This document shows positions 37,250-50,879 of a stretch of DNA of 64,000 nucleotides, piece after piece (position 1 is the first letter of the stretch; each line of letters opens with the position of its first letter). Position numbers and translations under genes: made by a program. Under the pieces are notes generated by a model, which saw nothing but the letters and a program-made list of their open reading frames with translations, ran no database searches and was not told the DNA's origin. The DNA comes from Octopus vulgaris (lineage: Eukaryota): assembly GCA_951406725.2 (NCBI GenBank), contig OX597814.1:9362001-9426000 (forward strand), written 5' to 3'.

Positions 37250-39900
37250 GCATGGAAGCATACTGGCTTCATTTCTTTCTACTCTACACATGTCTTCGGC
37301 TATCACAGCCCATGTTTCAATGCCATGTAGTGTAATTGTTCACACACAAGCATTATGCAATCTGCCTTTCACTCTGAGGGAGATGCCCTTTGTTGTCAGT
37401 AGAGGTAGAAACTCTCTGAACTTTGCCCAGCGTAATCTTATTCTCACAGCTATGCTCTTGGAGTATCCATCTTCGCTACTAACTTGGTCACCTAGGTAAC
37501 AGAAGCTATCTACTACCTCTGGTATACCCCTAGTTGATGGAGCCTAAATTCTGCACACTTTCAGCGTTTATTGTACCTGTACATCTTCCACACACAAAAC
37601 CTATTTTTCCCTGTTAACCTTCCTCTGGCATTGCTGCATCTTTTATATTTCCAAAGCTTATACCAGGTCCATCTTATGGAATTTCTGCCCATGCCTTTTT
37701 TAAAGATCAAATAAGGCGATCTACCTGAAGGGATTTGTGATTTGTTTGCCTTCCTACTTACTAGGACTTTGGTTTTTGCTAGATCAACTCTAAAGCTCTT
37801 CAATTCTAAACCTTGCTTCCATACCTGAACCTTCTTTAGTTCTTGTAGTGATTCTACTATGAGAGCATAGAAGAGCTCCCAGGGGAAGCCTGTCTAGAAT
37901 TCCTCCGTTAATACCTGGAGGACTATGATGAACAAGCGGGGTTGAGCACCCTGAATTATTCACTGTACTCGTTACCAACCCTCACCTTACTGATAACATC
38001 CCTGTACAGGGCTAGTACAACTCTTACCAACCATTCATCTATCCCTAGTTTCCGCATTGACCACCAGATAACGGATCAGAGAATTCTGTCAAAAGTTTTC
38101 TCCATGTCAACAAAAAGCCAGGTACAGAGGTTTATCTTTGGCTATATATTTCTCCTGCAACTGTCTTACCAGAAATATAGCATCAGTGGTGCTTCTGCCT
38201 GGCACAAAACCAAACTGCACTTCATCTAAACTAATTCCCTCCCTAAAGTAGTTGGGCTACGGCCCTTTCCATGACTCATCCCCTGATCCAACTATTTGAT
38301 ACCTCTGTAATTATTTCTATCTAAATCATCACCTTTACCCTTGTAGCTGTTGACTATGGTGCTGCTACACCAGTCATTGAGTATGATTCCTTCATGAACT
38401 ACCTGATTTACAATACGTGTAACTCAACTATAACCCACACCACCAGATATTTTAAGCATCTCAGCAGTGATTCCTGATGGGGTGGGGGCTTTCCCTGTCA
38501 TCAAACCCTTAATTGCTTTATCCATCAAGGTACTGTCAATTTGGATAGACTCCCCTCCTCCCATTCATTCTCCACATTCAGCAGTCTTTCATAATAGCAT
38601 TTCCATGCCTCTTTCTTTGCAGAATCATTAAACTCAAGTGCACCATCATCGATGCACATACATTTCTCTCCTATAACATCACAATTTTATCTCACTCACT
38701 GTCTTACAATCTGAAACACATCAGTTCTTTGGTCCTCACATCACTGAACAGAGGCAAACTTCTTTTCTGCTTCTCCCTTGGCTAGATATACCTGTCTCCT
38801 AGCTTCCTAGCTTCCCTTCAGGCAATTTAAACAGTTTCCTGCTATCCCCACTCCTCCAGGACTTCCAGGCCTGTTTCTTTGCTTTAATGGCCCTGTCTAC
38901 TGCATCGTTCCACCACTATGTTACCCTAAGTCTGGAAGGGACTTTGCACCAGCTGCAGATTTGGTCTGTGGCACTCAGCAAGCTGTCTCACAAGAATTCT
39001 TAGTTGCCCTGTATGTCACAAGTCTGTAGCTCCTCCTCCTCCCTCTCATCAGATTTCTCAGTTTGGATGTCCCTAAATCTCTGACCATATGAGGGTCCTT
39101 AAGCTTCCAAATTCTTCTTATCCAGATTGGTCTGCTTCTTGGCATCCTTCTGGCCTGGAGTCTAAAGACATTATTGATTAGTCTATGCTGGGGGGTACAT
39201 TCTTCACCAGGGAAAGTCTTTGCATTTAAGAGCAACCATACATCCCACTGTCTGGTCAGGATGTAATCAATCTGGTTAGCAGAAACACCTGACTGATAGG
39301 TTATCAGGTAGCTGATTGGCTTCCTGAAGTTGGTGTTGCAAATCAGTTGGTTATTTGCATCACAGAACTTCAGTAGCCTTTTTCCATTTTCATTTCAGGA
39401 ACCCATTCTATGGTTCCCATGTACACCATGGAAATTATTGGGCAGCCATATGGCATGCCCATTTGAATCCCCCAGCCATGAAGGCGAGATCTTTGTCACT
39501 CATCTTTGAAGTAGCCTGCAGAAGAATATCATAAAAGTGGTCCATCTGAACATTTGGTAGGCCCACTTGTGGGATGTAGGCAAATATAATTGTAGCCATA
39601 CAATTCTGTAAGACTAGCCTGAACTTAAGTATTCTATCACATATTCTAACTACCTCTATGACCTTATTCACCCATTTATTATCTAGAAGTATGCCCACCT
39701 CACTTGCCCCATCACTGTTACCTTCCCAGAAGATTTTATACCCTTGAGTCTTGCCTGTGAGGAATCTGACTGAAGCTCCTTTCCACCTTACCCCTTGAAT
39801 GCAACATATCTCAACATGCCTCCTTTCAAGTATCTCTACAATCTAGTTAGACCTACTTTTCAGTGTATCTACATTGTGGGTGCCAACTCTAAAATTCCCA
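37250..39900 (-). mobile_element. Degenerate RTE LINE (APE plus RT)
   Basis: GILLDNKWVNKVIEVVRICDRIL, KTFPGEECTPQHRL and VDLAKTKVL fragments in order. Confidence 0.9.
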
Positions 39901-40660
39901 CAGCTAAAACTTTTGTGTGTATGTTAACTCCTCTTCAAGTTTCTATTAACCCCACATGAATTGGTTTATCCTGTTATAATTCTTAAAATGTTGAATTGTT
40001 TTAATGCCTATTTTGGGATACAGTATATTTAGTAAAACTAATTAAGACACAACTATCTCTGACCACCTACCGTGTACTCTGGTACTTCACGTACTTCTCT
40101 TTACTTACAGTGACTAGGTTATTCCATTGGTCACATGGGAAGGGTATACCATTATTACTAATTCCCAACAACACTTGTACTCTGGTTTTGTTACTGAAAT
40201 GTTTTTGGACATATGAGATGCAAGAAAAATAACCTCAACTTCAACATTCTTGATAGACATTTCAACAGAAAACACAAGACTCAGCAGTTTTAATCAGAAT
40301 GGTGAGTGGAGAGAAGAAACAATACAACTTCAGCTACATGAAGACACCATTGCCACATGTTTAACTTCACTAACATCACATCAGTGGCCATGTAAAGTGT
40401 GGGAGTTTTTTCTGCTGCATTCACTATAATACCATATTGACATAGGTTTCATGTCTCTCAGAAGACAGGCAGGCCATACACAGAATAGCTTTGATCTGAA
40501 TGACAAAGTAATTTTCCCCTCTTGTTTGTTACTGATTAGAAATGAACCATTAAATATTTCAAATATTTTGTCATGCTTTTGTTATATTAAATCTCTTCTA
40601 TTTGCAAAAATGAAAAAATTAAGCATAAAAATAATTCTGATTGTTTTTTTGTTTTAACAG

Positions 40661-40706
40661 AAATTTCGTGAATATCTCTTAAAAACTGAAAAATTTCATT
40701 CAAAAG
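40661..40706 (+). CDS. Module 2 exon D
   Basis: ttttaacag acceptor, gtaaat donor; 46 nt, phase 0 to 1; KFREYLLKTEKFHSK; upstream intron aligns with that of exon D1. Confidence 0.8.
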
Positions 40707-41747
40707 GTAAATAATTTGTTCATTAATATTGAATATTATTATGACCTCTATACCTGTGGGGTGTGCCCTGGCACCTGGCCTTCCACCATTTATTTCTCTC
40801 TTCCTTACTTTACCATCCCATCTAGGCCATGGTCCCTATCCTTTGTGAGGATACCCTGGCACCTCTCTTCCACTCCCACTCTCCCTTTGGTAGAGTAACC
40901 ACGTATCTCCCTCCTTCTGTCCTCTCTCCGTCCCTCTCTCTCACATTGGGTAACCGTGTATCTCCTCTTCAGCAGCATGCCTGTTTCTGCTCTCATTCTT
41001 AACCATACACCCTCTCTCTCTCTCCTTCCCTTGCTCTTCCCTCCAACTAGGTAACCATTCATCTCATTTACACCAGAACATCTGTTCCTACCTTCTTTCA
41101 TGTTATCTCTCACTCCCTCTCCCCCTTTCTTCTCTCACTCTCCCTTTCTTCTCTCTCTCCCCTTCTTCTCTTTCTCTCTCACTTTCTCTCCTTTTCTTCA
41201 ATTCCCCTCTCTCTCTCTCTCTCTCTCTGTAACCATGTATCTCCTCTACAGCAAGACATCTGTTTCTGTCTCTCTCCAACCATTCATCATCTGGCACAAG
41301 CTCCCCTCCTCCAGTGCTGCCTCTCCTTTGTCTTGCAAGGTTACTTGGTTACCCTGCTGGTGCCACTTAAAAAGCACCCAGTCTATGCTGTGAAGTGGTT
41401 GCTATTTGGAAGGGCATCTAGCTGTAAAAATCTTGCCAAAACTGACCTCACCTGTGATTGTGCCATGTAAAAAGCACTGCTAAGTGGTTGGTGTTAGGAA
41501 GGGCATCCAGCTGTAAGAATCCAACCAAGACAATTACAGAAGTCTGGTGCAGGCTTCTGTAAAACCATCCAACTCATGCTAGCATGGAATGAGGATGTTA
41601 AATTATGATGGCAATGGCAGAAAGCAACCAGATGGCCTTACCCTGTGTCCCTGGGTAAGAGGTAGGTGTCTCTCTATGTTGTCTGCAATACTGAATATTC
41701 TCAAACATTCATTATCCATGTGTGTAGAATCATATCATAGGCTTTCT

Positions 41748-42897
41748 GCATCTGTTCAGTTTGGCGTACAAATTTTTTAATTTTTGAAACTTTATATACT
41801 GGTAGAAGTTCTCAGGCAGAACAGTTTACTTTAAACATTTTTGACAAAATTTCATATTTTAGAAGTTATTTCAGGTTAAAGTTGTTGTATTTGGGTAATT
41901 TTAACCAATCAACGATGTGTATTCAGTTGACGAAAGCTACTGCTGTTTGTGATAGTAATTGAAGAGGAACAACTTACGGGTCATCTCTACTAAATGTCAC
42001 CACTCTGTTCTATTCGTATGTCGAGCGAAGACAATGTCACCTTTATCCTTTCTTCCTTCCTAGTCAGCACCATGCATTCCTTACTCTTTCCCTCCCTACT
42101 GGCAGACAGCCACTTCTACACTATCAACTAGCAACCAGTGAGTGAACTTGTCTCTACCACTACAATTACCGTATTTCTGGTGTATAAGTCACTATTTTTT
42201 ACCTGGAAAATTTAGAGTGCCCTTTATGGAAAAGTGCACCTAATATGTGTACTTTTTTATAAGTTTCAGGAGGAAAATAATTTGTGTATGGAGATTGACT
42301 GATTCTGCTGAATTTTTCAAGGAAAGATTGGTTGGTGAACAATGTGAAAGACTACGGCTTCAGTACATTGGTGCCTGGAAGAAAACACAGCATATTTATT
42401 TTGTTTTACCTTCATGTTTTTATAATGTTATTTTTAATCTAATAGAGACTTTCATATTGATGAAAAGTGTTTGTTGATGATTATAGTAAGATAAAATCAT
42501 AACAATAATAATATATCTCATAGTGTCGATCAGTGTTACTCCGATGCAAGAACCTAAAACAAAAAAAAATGTGTATAATATGCAACATGGACAGTAAACA
42601 ATAAATAAAATAGTGCAGAGTGGCAACATTTAGTAGAAATTACCTGGAAGTTGTTCCTCTTCAATTACTATCGCAAACAGCAGTAGCTTTCTTCAACTGA
42701 ATACATGTTTTTGATTGGTTAGAGTTACCCAAATGCAACAACTTTAACATGAAATAACTTCTAAAATACGAAATTTTGTCAAAAATGTTTAAAGTAAACC
42801 ATATTCTGCATGAGAAATTTCACCAGTATACAAAATTTCAAACTGTTTAGTTAAAAAAAAATTAATAAAAAATCTGTGAGCCAGATTGAACAGATCT
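41748..42897. mobile_element. MITE-like DNA element with TIRs of about 230 bp
   Basis: 41748-41975 is the reverse complement of 42648-42897 (e.g. gtaattgaagaggaacaactt / aagttgttcctcttcaattac). Confidence 0.88.
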
Positions 42898-43009
42898 GGC
42901 TTTCTTATTATCTATCCATGCTATTGTTAAATTTTTCTTTCTAGATTTTACTTTATTTAGAACTGAATTATCTGTATATAATAGATCATGTGCTTCTCTA
43001 GCATTCTTC

Positions 43010-44160
43010 CTGCAACAATTCACTGCTACCACCATTCTTCCAGTCCTTCCAAGCCTGTTTCTTTTCCCTAATGGCCCTTTTAACTACATTGTTCCACCAC
43101 TAAATTACCTTGGGTCGAGAGGGGACTTTGCACCATCCACAGATCTGTTTCGTGGTCCTCAACATGTTGTCCTGTTGGAACCTCCAGTTGTCTTCAACAT
43201 CATGTGATGCTATGTCCCCCTCTATTTTGTCAAAAGCTTTGACTAATATGTCTCTAAATCTCTATCTATTCACAAGATCCTTAAGCTTCCAGACCCTTCT
43301 TGTCCATGCTGGTCATCTCCTGGGCATCCATTTAGCCCTGATCCTGAAGTCACTAACTACTAATCTATGTTGTGAGGTACATTCTTGACATGGGAACATT
43401 TTGGCATTTATAGGTAGCCATCTTTCCCATTTCCTAGTGAGGGTGTAATCATTTTGACTAGTGTGTCCACCAGATCAGTAGGTGAATAGATGACTGGCAG
43501 GTTTCCTGAAGTTATCATTACAAACCAGAGGATCATTTGCATCGTAGAACTCCAGCAGCCTGGTTCCCTCCTCATTACAGGAACCAAAACCGTAGCATCA
43601 GTGTATGCCATGGAAGCCCCTTGCATGTTGTCCAACTTGTCCATTGAAGTTGCCAGCCACAAAGAGAAGGTCCCTGTTGTTCATCCACAAGGTAATCTGC
43701 AAGAGGAAGGGTGTCATAAAATTAGTCTTTCTGTTCATCTGGTAGCCCTGGCTGAGGAGCATAAGCTGAGATAATGGTTGCTAATCCATGTTGCAGCACT
43801 AATCTAATCCTTAGTATTCTATCACAGACTCTGACTACCTCGATTACCTTATCAACCCATTTCTCTGCAAGAAGTATACCCACGCCCCCGACCCCATGTG
43901 TGTTCCCTACCCAGAAAATCTTACACCTATGTTCTTTGCCTGTGAGGAACCTAGCAGAACCTCCTCTCCACCTTACTTCTTGGATGCAGCACAAATCTAC
44001 ATGTCTCTGCTCGAGCATTTCAACAATCTCACCAGACCTATCTGTCAGTGTGCCAACCCTATGGATGTGGGAGGTGTGGGCCTGAGAAACCCTGGGATGG
44101 GGGACAGCAGTATCATGTACCTGAAAAGAAAGCTCGCATTTGGTTGAACTCATAAACATA
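43010..44160 (-). mobile_element. RTE LINE APE endonuclease region
   Basis: VGTLTDRSGEIVEMLEQRHVDLCCIQEVRWRG...GVGILLAEKWVDKV...ISAYAPQPG. Confidence 0.92.
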
Positions 44161-45165
44161 CATTAGCCTTCACCCTTCATACACTACACCATCATTTTAT
44201 GTGCTACATAATCACTACATTACATAGGAGATAAACCTAAGTAGGGACGGGAGAGCATTAAGCCTTTGGAAATGTTCAGGGGAAAGACATCCGATAGAGG
44301 TCTGAGAATAGAGACTTCTGTGAAACGGCAAACACTCTGGCTGCTGGTGTGGAATAATAATAATAATAATAATAATAATGAGATAGAATTGGACATTTGC
44401 ATTCTTAACTAGAGCTATAAGCAACAGTTTTCAGTCAGCCAAACTATGACAAAATTAAATGAATGAATGGCTGAATGGCAATAATAAATGAGTGTAAGAG
44501 AAAGGGAGAGCTGGATTGAGCATAGGGATCTTAAGTTTTTTTCTCGAAACATACAGCTTGGAAGACTATGCTGACATACATAATGAAATAATAAAGTAAT
44601 CATAATTTGCACTGTAAAAACAGGTTTTAGATGTGTGCTAGGTTGGAAATCAAAGTTGCTCGGCAAGAGAGATCAATACTACGAGAGATCAGTACTAGTC
44701 TTACAAAGAGTAAGTCCTGTAGCTGATTTGTTCAACTAGATGTGGTGTTCTAGCATGGCTTCAGTGAAATGACTGAAACAAATAAAAGAATATAGATACA
44801 TGTATAAAAAGCACCATTCGAGTGTGGTCGATGCTACTACCAACTGACTGGCTCACGTGCCAGTGACACATAAAAAGTACTATTCTAGCATGGTCAGTGC
44901 CAGTGCTGCCTGATTGACCCACATGCCAGTGGCACACAAAATGCGCCCACAACACTCATGGAGTGGTTGGTGTTAGGAAGGGCATCCAGCTGTAAAAACC
45001 TTGCCAGATCAGATTGGAACCTGGTACAGCCTCCTGGCTTGCCAGTCCTCAGTGAAACCATCCAACCCATGCCCGCATGGAAAGCAGGCATTAAACAATT
45101 ATCATCATGATGATATGTATACATAACATACAACATACACCTTGATATTTGTTTATTTTTTTCAG

Positions 45166-45302
45166 ACACTGCATCACCAAACCCATCCCTTCCTGGTCCA
45201 CAACAGAAAGCAGCCCCTATGACACCCAGAACTAATGTGGCATCCGGAGAAAATGCTGGCATTGAAATAAACCTAATGACTGATTCAATTTCTAATGCAT
45301 CT
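45166..45302 (+). CDS. Module 3 exon A
   Basis: tttttcag acceptor, gtgagt donor; 137 nt, phase 1 to 0; (D)TASPNPSLPGPQQKAAPMTPRTNVASGENAGIEINLMTDSISNAS. Confidence 0.85.
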
Positions 45303-45583
45303 GTGAGTAAATAGATTCACTTAACATATTTGTATTTAATTGTTATTTCATTTGCAAATGAGGAATCATTACAGTTAATTAAAACATTTTCTCAATCAAA
45401 CTCAAACATTTTATTTCCTTCACATCTGATATCTTGAATATATCTTTTGCGAACTTTAACAACCTCAAACTTACTACAGCCATTCTGTAGAGCCTTTCTT
45501 AACAACAATATCAACTGCAACAATGTATCTCTCTTCTCTCCGCGGAATGTTCCTTAGTTGTTTACCATTAATTACTTTTGTAG

Positions 45584-45811
45584 GTTGATGTCATCATTAA
45601 CAGCACCAATAAAATCCTCCAGCTTAATGATGGTTCTATCTCCAAATTTATTCTCAATGCTGCTGGTCCACAGATACAAGCTGAATGTAACCAGAAATAT
45701 CCTCAAGGTATTTCTACATCAGAAATTGCCATCACTAAAGGATATAACCTCAACTGTGAGAATGTATTTCATCTGGCATTACCTCCCTGGGATGAAAATT
45801 CCTCTGATTTA
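45584..45811 (+). CDS. Module 3 exon B, macrodomain N-terminal half
   Basis: 228 nt, AG/GT, open; VDVIINSTNKILQLNDGSISKFILNAAGPQIQAEC... Confidence 0.93.
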
Positions 45812-46410
45812 GTAAGTATCAATCATATGATATTGATTTATTGAAACAGTTAATGTTTGAAGAGAACCTTATGCATGTTGTGTGAGAATCATAAAGCAAA
45901 TGTCAGCATCCTGTTTAATATTTGTTCTTCCAAGTTATCGTTGGAAGGAAGCAGAAGATATCGATGAACAGGACACTTTTATATATAAATAGAAGGAAAA
46001 AAGCCTCATGGCCTAACAACAGTTATGTGACTGATAAATAAGACTATATTAAAACATATTTCTCTGTTTTACTGTCTGTATTGGTGAGTTTTTCTCTGTC
46101 ATGGCACGAGCACTAGAGAGGTTGTCATGTCCTCAACAACACTAAAGACTCCTCTTGGGTCTGCATTGTCTCTCTTCATTCACCAACCATTTTACACGGT
46201 GGATGGGGGTCTGACTTATTGTAGCAGCAACATGAGTGAGGTTACCTTGTCCCTTGCAGGACTAAAGAGTGATAGGAATGACAGTTGTGTTTAGAAGTGG
46301 TAGGTGTGAGAGGAGGATATATTTATTATAACTTAATGGTTTCTTCCTGTAATAAGAAAATAATTTAATAAAATGTTCATTATCAATTACTAAACAATTA
46401 TTTTTTTTAG

Positions 46411-46638
46411 ATTCTGGCAAACTTGACTCAAATAATAACCACTTGTCTGGAAAATGCTGAGAGAATGGGAGCAAAGAGCCTTGCATTTCCTATAATAGGA
46501 TCTGGAGTACTGAAGTACCCCATTGAAAAACTACCTAGAACTATGTATGAAGCAGTGAAAAGCTACTCAAATCTAAATTCAAACCAGATCAAAGTTGTAA
46601 ACTTCGTTGTTTTTCCTCCAGACAAAGAAATAGCAAAG
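46411..46638 (+). CDS. Module 3 exon C, macrodomain C-terminal half
   Basis: 228 nt, AG/GT, open; CLENAERMGAKSLAFPIIGSGVLKYP...VVNFVVFPPDKEIAK. Confidence 0.93.
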
Positions 46639-47884
46639 GTTGGTTGATGTATTTGTTGTTTGTTGTTTGATGTTGATATTCTTGGAATTTACCAAAAACC
46701 AATATTCCGCAATAAAGAAAAGAAAATAGAAATGACCCTCATAATAATTTACTGCCCTTGTTCCATACTTTCATGGGTGCAACATTTTGACTGGCTCCAA
46801 TGAGCCACAAGGGTTTATTGAACCCCAGTGTCTGCTTTGGCATGGTTTCTATGGCTGGATGCCATTCCTAATGCCAACCACTTCACAGCATGTCCTGGGT
46901 ACCTTTCTTCATGCTACCTTTAATGCTGTTCATTATATTTTGTTGTGCTTTATCCTTTCATTATACCATTTCCCATCACCAAATTCTTGCTTCTGAAATA
47001 TTCCATTGTAACATTTGAAGCTAAGAATGTTTTGTTTGTTGTTGTTGTTGTTGTATCCAAAACCAACTCTACAAGAATTGCTAACACTGAAGGTCTTCTT
47101 TGCAGTTTGGCTGCTGATCTTATTGTTCTTATTTAACCCCGAGTCGGTTCTGATTCAGCAGATTTGAAGTCAGTGATGTCTGTCTTCCTTTCACTCTTTT
47201 CTTCCTCTTCTTCCAAGCTGCCACAATCAAGACACATTTCACAATTCCACACCAATAATCTCTGTCTGCACCCCCTTACTCTGCTTCTTGTTCTGTGTCT
47301 TTTCCAAGAATATCAATGTAACTGAGTGGAACTCAACCTCCTGTTGGAGTGTGGAAATCTCCAAAATATAAAATCTGATCTGGTCAAGAGTTCAACAAAG
47401 TAGCAGGGGTCAGCAAACCCTATTCTGTGTTTGAGCATCGATAGCAGAGATGGGTGGAATATCAACTTCATCATTGTTTAACATCTGTTGTCCATGCTGG
47501 ATTGGGTTGGATAGTTTGACTGGGCTGGCATGCTGGAAGGCTGTACCAGGTTTCAGTCTGATTTGGCATGCTTTTTTACGACTTGATGCCCTTCCTAATG
47601 CCAACCACTCTGAGAGTATAATGGGGTTTTTATGTGCCACTAGCGTGGGTGCTGTTTGCATGGCACTGGGTTGGGTTTATGTCCCATTGGTATGGGTGCA
47701 AATTTGCATGAAACTGGTATCTGCCACAGCTGCAATTTTCCTTGGCTTGATGGGTCTTTTTCTCAAGCACGACATAATACCAAAAGTCTTGGTCATTACC
47801 TCTATCAGGCCCAACACTCAAAAGGAACTCAGCTGTTTTGCCTCCAGGAAGCCCAATAACTTACTGCTTTCTTCATAGAGAAGC

Positions 47885-48946
47885 ATTGATGGCAAAAACA
47901 TTAGGAGACAAATTAAGCAAAGTTTTGAATCAAGATTTTGAGATTGTAAATTTTATAAAAACAAGACTAGTAAAGTGATGTTTATTCAAGTAGTTTTGTA
48001 TTGATGTGGATTCACAAAACAGACACCTGCTTTTGCACAGAGAGGTGGCTTTCAAAAGGGAAAGCACTTGATCATGTATATGAGTTACAAGAGCTACTCA
48101 AGTTTTTTGAAGAAATGGAACAAAACCACTTTTGTGAGCTCCTTCGATGTAAATGTTGGATTAGCAGATTAGTGTATTTGGCTAATATATTTCAGCACCT
48201 CAGTATTTTGAATACTAGCATGCAAGGAAATGAAGAAAACATTTTGATATCTACTGATAAAATGAAAGCATTTCAGAAAAAAACTACTTATCTGGAAGAA
48301 AAGTGCTACTAAGGGTAATCTGGAAATGTTTCCTTTGATAAGTAGAACTTGCATAAATGACATCTTTCCTTTAATACTTGAAAATTTCACAAATTTGGAA
48401 GATAAATTAAATTATTATTTTCCATCACTTAACACTGAACAATATGCTTGGATTTGAAATCCATTCATTGAAATTTCAGATGATGCTTGTTTAACATTAA
48501 CCAAAGAAGATTAGCAGTTATATCCACCAATGGTGGATTGAAGATTAAATATAAAGAATCTAGTCTTGAAAAATTTTGGATTTCAATCAGAGAAGAATAC
48601 CAGTCAATATCCTGAAAAGCTTTAGCCATTTTACTGCAATTTTCAACATCATATTTATTCGAATTAGGATTTTCCATTCTCACCAACATCAAGTGCAAAA
48701 AGAGAACAAATCTTCAGTCTATTGACAAGGAAAAGAGAGTTTGTTTATCATACATACGTCCCAACATTGAAGAAATTGCTAAGACATGCTAGGCTTATAC
48801 TTCACAATAGTGCAAAACAGATGAGGAATAATGGTAGATACCCTTGTTTTCAGTTATTTCTTTTGCATTATACTTCTTAGTATTTTGTGTGTAGTGTGCC
48901 CACAATTTTTTGTGTGCCACGGCTTCTAAAAGTTTAATAACCACTG
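47885..48946 (+). mobile_element. hAT (Charlie/Buster, ZBED5-like) transposase 3' remnant
   Basis: TERWLSKGKAL...LVYLANIFQHLSILNTSMQG; C-terminal ILLQFSTSYL.ELGFS; terminus aaagtttaataaccactg. Confidence 0.88.
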
Positions 48947-50879
48947 GCTTATATATTTTTGCATATAATTCTTTTATTATTATTATTATGGTTGTTATGT
49001 ATGATATCATTTCATCCTGGTTTTAGCACTTCAGCATGGCACAACTTGAGATTTTAAAACTAGTTTATATAAAGTTATTTCAAAACTAAAGTTAAAGATG
49101 ATCAATTTTTTGTCTTCTAATAATAATGGAAAAAAGAAGGGAAATAGAGGGACAGGGAGAAATAAAGAGAGAAAAACCCTCTTATTTCATTTTGAAATAC
49201 ATTGCATTTATTTTTTTCCCTTTATTTATACATAGCTCTAATATTAATTTGCCTTGTATACTAGTCCTTTATATAGTGACATTTCTCGTCCTTTCTACAG
49301 GCAAAATAGAAACCCTTGTCTTTTTTCCAGGCGCAGATTTGGAATTTCTGGCTGCATTTTCTTTTTGCTTTGCAGCTGGACTGGCACCTGTGCAGGTGGC
49401 ATGTAAAAAATGCCATTTGAGCATGGCTGTTGCCAGTACCGCCTAACTGGCCCTCGTGCCGGTGGCACGTAAAAGCATCCAGCTGTAGAAACTCTGCCAG
49501 ATCAGATTGGAGCCTGGTGCAGCCATCTGGTCCGCCAGTCCTCAGTCAAATCATCCAACCCTGCTTTCAGTTGTGTTTGTTTGTCTGTGGACAAGATATC
49601 ACGAGAATCGCTGAATGGATCCGGATAAAACTTTCAGGGATGTTTGGCACCATGGCTAGCACAAACTAATCTGGTACCAGACAAGGATTCTGCATTATGT
49701 TTTCTCTTTTTTTTTTTTACTTAATTTTTGAAAGCGAAGGGTCCATTTTTAGTATTTTCGTTTGTGAGAGCAGTCGAGTTTATTTCAGATATTCTCATTT
49801 CAAAAATCATCTCTGACTAATCGTTGAGAGGACATTGGTGTTGCCTTGGCACTCTCTGATTGCTTTTGTTTTTATTTCATCTCACCATGATATTTTTTTT
49901 ATGTTTATGCATCAGATCTCTTGATGGATGTGTAGATAGATATATATGGATGTGTAGATTGACTTTATATATTCACTCTCTGTATATATATATGCATATG
50001 CGTATGTATATCATCATCATCATCGTTTAACGTCTGCTTTCCATGCTGGCATGGGTTGGACAATTTGACTGAGGACTGGCGGACCAGATGGCTGCACCAG
50101 GCTCCAATCTGATCTGGCAGAGTTCCTACAGCTGGATGCTTTAACGTGCCACCGGCACGAGGTGCCAGTTAGGCGGTACTGGCAACGGCCATGCTCAAAT
50201 GGCATTTTTTACATGCCACCTGCACAGGTGCCAGTCCAGCTGCACTGGCAACAACCTCACTCGAATATTTTTTCAGGTGCCACTGGCACAAGTGCCAATA
50301 AGGCAGTGCTGGTAATGATCATGCTTGAATGGTGCTTTTCACGTGCCACCAGCACAAGAGCCAGTCAGCTGCCCTGGCAATGATCATGCTCAGAAGGTGC
50401 TCTTAGTGCTCCACTAGTACCCCAGTTGAACCGTCCAACCCATGCTAGCATGGAAAGCGGACGTTAAATGATGATGATGATGATGATGATGATAGAATAC
50501 TTAAGTTCAGGCTAGTTTTGCAGAATTGTATAGCTACAATTATATTTGCCTACACCTCACAAGTGGGCCTACCAAATGTACAGAAGGACCACTTTTATGA
50601 TATTTTTCTGCAGGCTACTTCAAAGATGAGTTACAAAGATCTCGCCTTAGCAAACATAGTACCAGTTATGCAATGGGGTCAATGTAATCGACTTAATCCC
50701 TTTGTGTGTCCTTGTTTGTCCACTCTATGTTTTGCCCCTTGTGGGTAGTAAAGAAATATATATATATAGCAGAGTATTGTAGATCGCTTGAAGCGTTGTG
50801 TATTGTTTATGAAATATAAAGTGTCTTGAATGGCGCAACAATGCAGAGTGGACTATAATAACTAATTATAATTTAATTA

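Noticed and set aside
45558-45812. 84-aa ORF over exon B3
   Set aside because: Wrong frame; the macrodomain frame starts at 45584 after the AG acceptor.
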